A DNA stretch of 63,986 nt, filler included, from Collodictyon triciliatum (taxonomy: Eukaryota): assembly GCA_043381765.1 (NCBI GenBank). It is 4 parts of 4 records of this genome, joined end to end, with 100 filler letters (N's around TTAATTAATTAA, not from the genome) between each part and the next. Parts side by side here need not be neighbours in the genome. Positions count along the whole stretch, not along the records: positions 48,842 to 63,986 come from JBHJMP010001613.1; 3 more parts are not named here. One strand, written 5' to 3'. This document shows positions 54,901 to 63,986 of the stretch, one piece after another. Numbering within the stretch: position 1 is the first letter of the stretch; every line of letters begins with the position of its first letter. A program made the translations under genes and the position numbers. The notes beneath the pieces are model-generated. The model did no database searches. It saw nothing but the letters and a program-made list of their open reading frames with translations, and was not told where the DNA came from.

Positions 54901-57900
54901 TTTTGCTTTTATATGGATACAGCATAGAATGTGTATATGATTCTCGAAATATGCATACTAAAGTAAAATTTTGAATGAATTTTCCCGCCAGACTTAGCGA
55001 ATCTGCTCGATTATTTGAGAAGGCCGAAGACATACTCGAGAAGACCCTTGGAAATATACATCCCAAAATAGCCATGGCCCTCTTTGATATTGGAGAGTCA
55101 TTATTCAAAATTGGAAAGTATGCCACAAAAATGTGATTAAAATGTCATGAATATTGCAAACTAATAGATTTCTATCTTTGAAAAGAATGTACGATAGCTT
55201 GCTTTACTTCATCCCAGCCCTGTCCATGTTCCTTGACACTTTGGGAGAGAAAAACATATTTGTTGCTTTATGCTTCCAAATGATTGGTGATGCAAATCAC
55301 GATTTGAACGAGTATTTTGCTTCCTTTTTTTTTCACGACTTTTATATAAATATCATGAATTAGCAGAGAACTGTGGCTTCTCTATTTTTCATTTAATTTC
55401 AAACATAATACCTTTTTCAGATTTTAAAATTGAATAAAAGAAAAATTGGGATGCTTTTTCAAAGTTCCCTCATAATACTGATCCTTTTTTATTTTTTCAT
55501 ATATTTTACCCTAGGTACAGCGCAGCTTTAGAATCCTACGAAAAATTGATGGAAATTAACAGATTACTATTCGGGGAAAATCATCCCAACTATGCTTGTT
55601 CTCTCGAAAATGTCGGTAGATCCAATTTTGAGTTGCAGGAGTACGTTTTTATTTTCATATCATATACTTTTCTATTTTTTCTTCATTTTTTGGGTGCAAA
55701 GTTGTTTATATTCAAACTTACATATCTCTTGATGATCAAAGAGTCTAATGATATGAAACAGGTATTTCGACTTCGTCTACTATTTTAAAAAGGCAGTCTC
55801 AATACGAAGAGAAACAAAAACCATCGTTTCAATGAAGAGTATATCCCAGGCCAAAAATATGATAGAGTATTTCAAGGCTAATCCAGACTACGAAATCGTC
55901 ATCGAGCTATATAAGACAATATTCTCATCCGTTCTAGACCAATTTGACTCGAGCTCCATTATGCTATGGAATGTCTATTATGATATCGAAAAAGTACACA
56001 AAACGATTAATAAGCACGAAGAAGCAATCGAATTCTGGACGGAAATTAGAGATACATTTACCGAAAAACTTGGATGGACCCACCCAATAACTCTAAACTC
56101 CTGCGAGTACTTATCATATCACTCTAAAGAAATAGGCATCCTTAAAGAGCCCTTCGAATTCACAAGGGTTAAATATCTCATTGAGGAAAATTTCAAAGAT
56201 ATAAAACCTGACCAATCTTGGGGCCGCGACTTTGTGATTGAGCGCCTTCTTGATATTATATACATGTCAAGAAGTGATGAGAGTAAATCAAAGACAGCAT
56301 CTGATGCAATTACTTTCCTTAACTATATGCGCATTTCTTTTAGTAGAATGGATTTTTCATTCATCAGAATTCCTAATGCTGACCTCAGCAATTCAATAAT
56401 TGATGGTGCAAACTTCACGGGCGCCATACTAGATGGTGTTAATTTCTCAAATTCCATTCTTGGCGATTGTATTTTTGATGACGCAAGCATGAAAAGTGTT
56501 AAATTAGGTCGCATGCATACGCGACTAGAGGGACATCTAAATACCATCACTAATCTGGCGTACATTCAGGCGCCAACCGGAGAAAATTTACTTGTCTCGA
56601 GCAGTAACGATAAAACCATCGCAATATGGGATTTGGCCACCGGAAATCAAATCCAATTATTAAAGGGTCATACGGGAGCCGTCAGAGCCCTGTGTGTGAT
56701 TCAGGAAACACATGGAAAAAATAAGGTGATATCAGGAAGCAATGATAGTACAATAAGAATTTGGGATTTAGACTCTGAAGAGCAGAATAGAGTACTAGAG
56801 GGTCATAAAGGAGCTGTCACTAGTGTTTCCATTTTCCAAGGATCCGATGGTGACCACTGGTTGGCTTCTGGAAGTGATGATAACACAATACGTATATGGA
56901 ATGTGTTCAGTGGGAATCAAATCAAAGTGCTAGAAGGCCACACAGAATCTGTAACATGCCTGTGTAGTATCCAAAGACCGAGTGGTGACCACTGGCTGGC
57001 TTCTGGAAGTGATGATAACACAATACGTATATGGGATGTGCTCAGTGGTAATGAAGTAAGAATACTAGAAGGGCATTTGGGCCCCTTAAAATGTATATCT
57101 AGCGTTCAAATTCCAGACGGGGCAATCTGGTTAGCATCCGGAAGTGACGACGAAACCATTCGTACGTGGGATGTGGACACTGGAAATCCGATTTACATAT
57201 TAAGAGGCCACACAAACAAGGTCAATTGTATTCAATTTGCCAAATATTCATCTGGAAACCATCTCCTTATCACTGGCAGCGATGATATCTCGCTACGCGT
57301 CTGGGACATAACCACTGGAGATCAAATTCGAGTCATGAACGGACATACAAGCTCTGTTATATGTCTTTGTAGCATTCCAGGACCTAATGGCGAGAATTGG
57401 CTAGCCTCTGGTAGTGTTGACAAAACGATACAAATTTGGGATATGGACGCAAATAGCCTAGTCGTAAACTCAAAGGGACATGAGGATTACGTGGCCAGCG
57501 TTTGCCAAGTTACCGGCCCCAATGGAAGAAATTGGCTGGCTTCTGGAAGTGTAGACAAGACTGTTCGTATTTGGGATGTGGCCACCAGAAATCAAATTAG
57601 AGTCTTGGATGGGCATGAACATGCTGTTACTAGTGTTTGTAGTATCAAAGGACCTAAAGGTGAAAATTGGCTGGCATCTGGAAGTGAAGATAAAACGGTT
57701 CGTATATGGGACATCAGTCAAGATGAAGAAATCGTTACTCTTGAGGGACATGAGGATACAGTAAGGTGCGTCTGTTACATTCAAGGGCCAAATGGAGAAA
57801 ATCTTGTGGCATCTGGAAGTAACGATACAACAATACGCATTTGGGATTTGGAACATGGAAGTTTGATCAGAACTCTTGAGGGGCACAAAAAACCGGTCTT

Positions 57901-60900
57901 TTGTGTTTGTAGTATCCAAGGGCCGAAAGGAGAACATTGGTTGGTGTCCGGGAGTGCCGACAAGACCATTCGTGTGTGGGACTTGAGTACCGGGGATCAG
58001 ATCAAGCTATTACTCGGGCACCGTGATTGGGTATTTTGTATATGCAAAATCACATGGATCAACGGCGAAAATTGGTTGGTGTCTGGGGGCGCTGACAGAA
58101 CAATACGTATTTGGGATTTGCCTTTCGAGGACGAAATCAGGTCGTGGATAGGGCATACAGGCACCATAATCAGCGTGTGTAGCATCAAAGGACCCCATGG
58201 TGAAAATTGGTTGGCAAGCAGCGGTGATGATAGAACTGTTCGTATTTGGAATTTGGATAGCAGTACGTTGGTAAGAAATATAGAATCCAACTACATCATG
58301 ACCAGCCTTTGTACATCTGCCGGGTCTGGAGCAGAAAATTTACTCTTATCCGGCTGCGGTGACTGCTCAATTCGCATTTGGGATTTGGATAGTCCTCCTA
58401 AGGTTGAAAATTCTCTATTGTTACCAAAATTAATTCTAGACCATGCGAAAAGCAACTGCAGAAATCGGTTCAATCGCTTGGTTTGTACTAAGTATGCCAA
58501 GGAGATTCACATTTGGGACATATTTGAAGGAAGCCAACTACAAGTTTTGGAGGTCCACGATACCGTCGAAGTTTTAAGCATATGCATTGTTGAATGCTCG
58601 AATGGTGACTATTGGTTGGTCTCTGGATGTAACGACAAAATCATCCGAATCTGGGACGTAGCCACCGGAAGCCAGATTAGAAATCTTGTGGGGCATGCCA
58701 GTGATGTATGTACTGTTTGCAGTATTCAAGGAATGAATGGTGAAATGTGGCTAGCATCTGGAAGCACTGACAAAACAATACGAGTATGGGATTTAGAGAC
58801 TGGATGCCAAGTTATGAAATTAGAAGGTCACGAAGGTGCTGTTTTTATCGTTTATAATATCAAGGTGGTGAATGGAAAACCATGGCTGGCATCTGGAAGT
58901 GAGGATATGACCGTGCGCATTTGGGATTTGACAACGTCCAACGAAATAATGAAATTCAAAGGGCACGAAGGTGGTGTCAACGGAATTTGCTATCTGAAAG
59001 GTATTTGGGGAAACGATTGCTTGGTATCTGGCAGTTCTGACAAGACAGTGCGCCTTTGGGATTTACAAACTGGTGCCCAAACCCATGTATTGGATGGTCA
59101 TGAGGACAGTGTCATGAATGTGTCTTGTATACGAGGTCAAACGAATATTATAATTGTTGCTGGATGTCTTGATAGCACTCTTCATTTTTGGAACACAGAT
59201 ACTAAGGAAAGAACGAAAACCTTGAATGGTTATGACCATTTCCTTCTTGACCCACAATTCAAAAAAGGCCCGAGAGGTAAAAACCTGTTTATTTATGGAG
59301 ATGATGGCGCTATTTGTGTATGGGATACCTGCTCTGAGTTTCACGTGAAAAAAATTCAAGTTCTGAACTACATTAACAGTGTATGCAGCACGCAAGGGCC
59401 AAAAGGAGAGAATTGGTTGGTGTCTGGAAGCAATGATAAGATGCTTACTATTTGGAACTCAGAAAATGGAAGTCAACTAGTTGACATGGAGGTTCACAAT
59501 AGCTGTGTTAATACAGTTTGCAGCGTACAAGGCCCAAGTGGAGAGAAATGGATAGCTTCTGGAAGTGATGATAAGATGATTTACATTTGGGATGTAATTA
59601 ATGGGAGTCAAATGAAAAAATTGAGTGGGCATACAAATGCAATTTTAGCTCTTTGCCACGTGAGAGGTAGAAACGGAGAAAACTGGCTAATATCTGGTGG
59701 TAGCGATAGATTAATAATCATTTGGGATGTCATCACTGGATATAAGCTCAAGACTCTAGAGGGACACACAGATTCTGTGAAGTGCTTGTGTGCTGTTGTA
59801 GGCTCGAATGGTGAGAATTGGATAGCCTCTGGAAGTAGCGATAGTACGGTACGAGTTTGGGATTTGGAAACTGGAAGTTTAATTCAAATTTTAGGGGGAG
59901 AAGAAAATATTGTCAATAGTATCTGTTCTATTCAAAGTCCAGACGGAGTAAACTGGCTCGCTTCTGGAGGTGACGATAAAACAATACGTGTTTGGGATAT
60001 ACAATCTGGAAAACAAGTCAAAGTATTAAATGGGCATCTGAAACGTGTCTATTGTATTTGCAACATTACGGGGCCTAATGGTGAGTATTGGTTGATTTCT
60101 GGTGGAGACGACGGTACTTTACGTATTTGGGATTTGATTACATGTAACCAAGTAAAAATGCAAAGAATGCAGTCGAAGCGAGTGAGCTTCATTCATCAGT
60201 TGCAAGGACCAAATGGAGAAATTCGACTGGCATTTGGGGGTGACAAAAAGGCGATTCTATTCTGGGATTTGGTGCCTTCTAACCAGATTGGTATGTTTTC
60301 GGGACACCAAGATATTGTAACACGCGCAATTATTACTTATGGGCCAAATGAGGAAACCTGGCTGGCCTCTGCAAGTTTTGATAAAACGATACGAATCTGG
60401 GACTTGTCTAGCGGGAAACAAGTCAGGGTATTTGAAGGACACACAGACATTGTGACAACAATGTGCTATACCCGAAGTATGTTTGGAGATAATTGGTTGA
60501 TTTCAGGAAGCGGCGACAAAACCATCCGTGTATGGGATATCGTCACTGGTGATCAAATTAAAATCTTGGAGGGAAGCCTTAAAAAAATTATAGATGTCTG
60601 CCCTCTCCGTGGGAAAAATGGTGAGCGGTGGTTGGCCTCCGGGTCTAAAGATAGCAAAGTTATTGTCTGGGATTTAGACTCTGGAGATCAAACCAAGGTA
60701 TTGCAGGGACATATTGGGAATGTGACAACTCTATGTAATATCCAGAGGCCAGATGGACCCCCTTTACTTGCATCAGGAAGCTATGATGGAACAGTACGTA
60801 TTTGGGATCTCCCAAGTGGGAATCAAGTCCAATCGCTGAATTGTCTTTCAAAGGTTGTATCCATTTGTGTGTTCAAGGGTCCCAAGGGAGAAACTTGGCT

Positions 60901-63043
60901 TGTATCTGCCGGAAAAGATAAAACGATCCGTATTTGGAACATCTACGAGGGTTCTCAAGTAAGGGTGATAAGCGCTAATTCAAGTGATATATCAAGCATT
61001 TGTCACATTAAAGGACTTTATGGAGCGGACTGGTTTGCATGCGGCAATAAAGACAGTAGTATTCATATTTGGGACATGAGGTCTGGAAATCAGATCAAAA
61101 AAATTGAAGGGCATAGTGGCGCAATATACTCCCTATGTGAAGTTCCCACTACTACCGAAAGCAGTTTGCTGATTTCTGCAGGCAAAGATAAGACCATTAG
61201 AATGTGGGATCTGACTCCTGTTTATCAGTGTAAAATTCTTCTGGCGGAAGAGCAGGCAACTACATGTGTTTGTCATATTAAAGGAGATTCTGGAGAGAAC
61301 TGGATTGCTCTTGGCAGAGAGTGTGGTATGATTTCCATTTGGGATATGCTCACAAAAACTCAACTGAGAATCCTAACCGGGCACGAAAACTGTGTCATGG
61401 GAATATGCCACATCCGAGGTCCCAATGGAGAGAGCTGGATAGCTTCTGGTAGCTGTGATAAAACCATCATTATCTGGGATGTTGGCACTGGTAGTCAGAT
61501 TAGAACTTTGGAGGGCCACACTGACTACATTAGGTGTGTCTGTAGCATCCAAGGGCCCAAAGGAGAAAATTGGCTTGTGTCGGGAAGCTGCGACAAAAAA
61601 ATCATGATATGGGACATTGCTTCAGGAGATCAAGTCAGCGTGCTAGAGGGTCATGCTGGCACTATAAGAAGTCTGTGTAGTACAGCAGGTCGAAATGGAG
61701 AAAGCTGGCTAGCATCTGGCGGCAGTGATAATGCAGTTTGTATCTGGGACATAGATACTGGATTTGAAATTGAACTTTTGGATGGACACACGTCAAGTGT
61801 GTTGTGTGTCTGTAGTATTCAGGGGCCAGGAGGGAACAATTGGTTGGCCTCTGGAGGAAAGGATAAGGTCATTTATATCTGGGATGTTAAAGATGGGAGT
61901 AAAATCAAGACACTCGAAGGACATACAGATTATGTTCGATGTGTTTGCAGCATTCAAGGCCCGAATGGAGAAAAGTGGCTGGCTTCTGGAAGCGATGACA
62001 AGACCATACGCATTTGGGATATAATGAAGGGAGAGCAAATCAAAATTTTGGGAGGACATGCAAGATACATTTGGGATGTTTGCAGTATTCAAGGCCCGAA
62101 AGGAGAAAACTGGTTGGTTTCAGCAAGCGATGACAAGACTGTGCGTATCTGGGACTTGTGTGATGCGAATGATATAATCTCTCTTAATCCTTTGTCGGAA
62201 TCTATTTCCAATAGTTTCGGAATCGAAGAGCAAAATGGAGAGAATTGGTTGGTCTACGTATCTGAAGACTATGTCATCAGCGTTTGGCGCTTGCAAAAAG
62301 GGAGACATATGTATCTCAAAGGACATTCTAAACCAGTCGGTGCTATTTGCTTGCTGGAAGGGTTTGATAAAGAAAAATGGCTAGCATCCGGAAGCTGTGA
62401 TGGAACCATCAGAATTTGGGATTTGAGTAATGGTAACCAAGTAAAATGTCTGGACCTCAACGGAGAAAAGTCTATGTGTATCAGCAATCTTCAGGGTCCT
62501 GATGGAGAGAATTTGTTGGCTTCTCGAAACGGTGATGGCAGTGTATGTGTGTGGGATTTAAGTACGTGCGAGAAAGTATATTCTGCTCACAAAACCAATC
62601 TATCATTTACAGCTGACGGATATCTGATGATGAAAGAAAATTCTGGGAAAATCCTGGCTCGATTCAAAAATGCATTCGACGCCTTAAATTTACTTGATTC
62701 AAACAAAATTTCTGAAGAGAAAACAAAAGGTATCATCGGCCCGTCCAAGATGATTGGCGGAAACCTACAATTAAGGAACACAAAAGACTTGAGCTTGTTC
62801 AATAGAAAGGTTTTGCTGTCGATTGGTGCCGTATCGTACGATTGCAATTTCGAAAAATATTGCAAATTATCGAATTACACAAACTTCCAGGCTCATATCA
62901 TGTCGAAGTGCTATGAAAATGGATATGGAACAGAAAAGGATATAGAAAAGGCTGTTGTGTGGATTGCAAAGGCTGGGAAATTGGGAAGTAATCACCGCCC
63001 AATCGAAAAATACCTTTTTTCCATGCGTCATGCCCTTGCTTAA
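48993..63043 (+). CDS. Giant NLR-like STAND protein: CH - DUF4062 - NACHT - TPR - pentapeptide - ~45 WD40 - Sel1 (5' probably truncated)
   Basis: ALLEWVN...NLRQDMNDGFFLILLV (CH); IRVFFSS, FIDLRCG, LGTHYGWTP, SVTEYEV (DUF4062); Walker A GESGIGKSS at 51487, YHFVG, Walker B FVIDGVNQL, WLP, GHPFYL; TPRs LGYVHPLLA, LGNIHPKIA, FGENHPNYA; phase-2 splice GA|G into a 7282-bp terminal exon (55762-63043). Confidence 0.9.
56531..62558 (+). repeat. Coding tandem array of ~45 WD40 repeats, ~135-nt unit
   Basis: Hand count; consensus GHxxxVxCVCSIQGPNGENWLASGSDDKTIRIWD. Confidence 0.92.
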
Positions 63044-63650
63044 AACTTGGTCATCACTAAATGGAGATGATTCGAGAGAACACAAAAAAAAAAAAAAAAA
63101 AATTCGATTGCACTGCCACCCACCCTGGCCTGGACGTGTCCCCGCTTCTTTTGGATTGCAGGAACTCTGGAGACATAAAATATGCAATTATTGAATTTTT
63201 GAGTTCAAAAATTTTTTTTATTAAATCATTTTATTTTAATCAAATGGTGCTGTTCTCATGAAATTATTGTATATGAACCTTGTGTCAAATGGTGATTCTA
63301 ATTCTCGAGAGAAATCAAGAAATAGACCATCGTGCCGCTCTTGTGATTATATCTTCCGAGGTGTACATAACAAGTAAAAAAAAAAATGTCTAGTTCATGT
63401 CATGTGTACTTTTTATTATTTTTTGTGTGTTTTTATTTGTTTCAAGTGGAGTTCGTGATACTATCGGTTGGTCGATTACGAGCCTGTATGGTAGACACCC
63501 AGATTGTCTAAAAGATAATTCTGGCAAGATGGCTACCTCTGGAAAAAAAGACATTCTTAATGGACACGTCAAGTGAGTGACCCGGCGTTTGGTTGGCTGT
63601 GTGGATAGAGGGGGTTGGATATGTTGTGGGAGGTATCTCATGATACATTC

Positions 63651-63878
63651 TCATATCTCCGCGTGTGGTCGTAGGAGCGGAGAATATGCGCGTGTTTCAG
63701 CATGCTGTTCAAGAGGCTGTATTGCATGAGGCTTTCTAGCTTGAATTTGCTGCCTTCTCGTTCTAGTGGGTCATTAGAGCGAGAGGATGCATGCGCACTC
63801 CGTAATGGTCTTCACCGTATGTCCCATTGCCGCTGTACAGATAATTCCAGGGTCGTGGGTCATTTGAACGTGTTTTGG
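63651..63878 (-). CDS. Possible last two exons of an unidentified gene
   Basis: Acceptor CCAG| then KTRSNDPRPWNYLYSGNGTYGEDHYG, GT donor, acceptor ACAG| then HAETRAYSPLLRPHAEI*; GC-richer than flanks; no homology recognised. Confidence 0.3.
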
Positions 63879-63882
63879 CTGG

Positions 63883-63986
63883 TTTTTTCTTTCTTATTTT
63901 TCTTTTTTTTCTTTTTTTTCTTTTTTTTCTTTTTTTTCTTTTTTTTCTTTTTTTTCTTTTTTTTCTTTTTTTTCTTTTTTTTCTTT
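63883..63986. repeat. (T7-9C)n low-complexity repeat
   Basis: Directly visible. Confidence 0.93.

Noticed and set aside
56323-62865. Antisense and alternate-frame ORFs within the WD40 exon
   Set aside because: Short shadows of a repetitive coding sequence with no recognisable domains.

Overview
AT-rich, intron-dense eukaryotic DNA (probably a protist; standard code, canonical GT-AG introns with degenerate donors). It is not one locus: three identical 100-bp linkers (N44-TTAATTAATTAA-N44) join four scaffolds of about 16 kb. Scaffold 1: Helitron-like 3' end, intronless orphan ORF, 10-exon G-protein alpha, full-length ELYS/AHCTF1-like nucleoporin (beta-propeller + helical domain + AT-hook), decayed L1-type RT fragment. 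Scaffold 2: 3' end of PEX2, a UVR/coiled-coil protein with tepsin-type AP-4 ear-binding motifs, a Myb/DUF3755 gene, TMEM128, NDUFB10, ATG9. Scaffold 3: multi-TM class I cyclic-nucleotide PDE, a long coiled-coil gene, a VIT-vWA gene. Scaffold 4: the standout, a giant NLR-like STAND gene (CH - DUF4062 - NACHT - TPR on many small exons, spliced in frame to one 7.3-kb exon encoding pentapeptide repeats, ~45 WD40 repeats and a Sel1 repeat). Gene models were spliced by eye and family calls rest on remembered motifs, not database searches.
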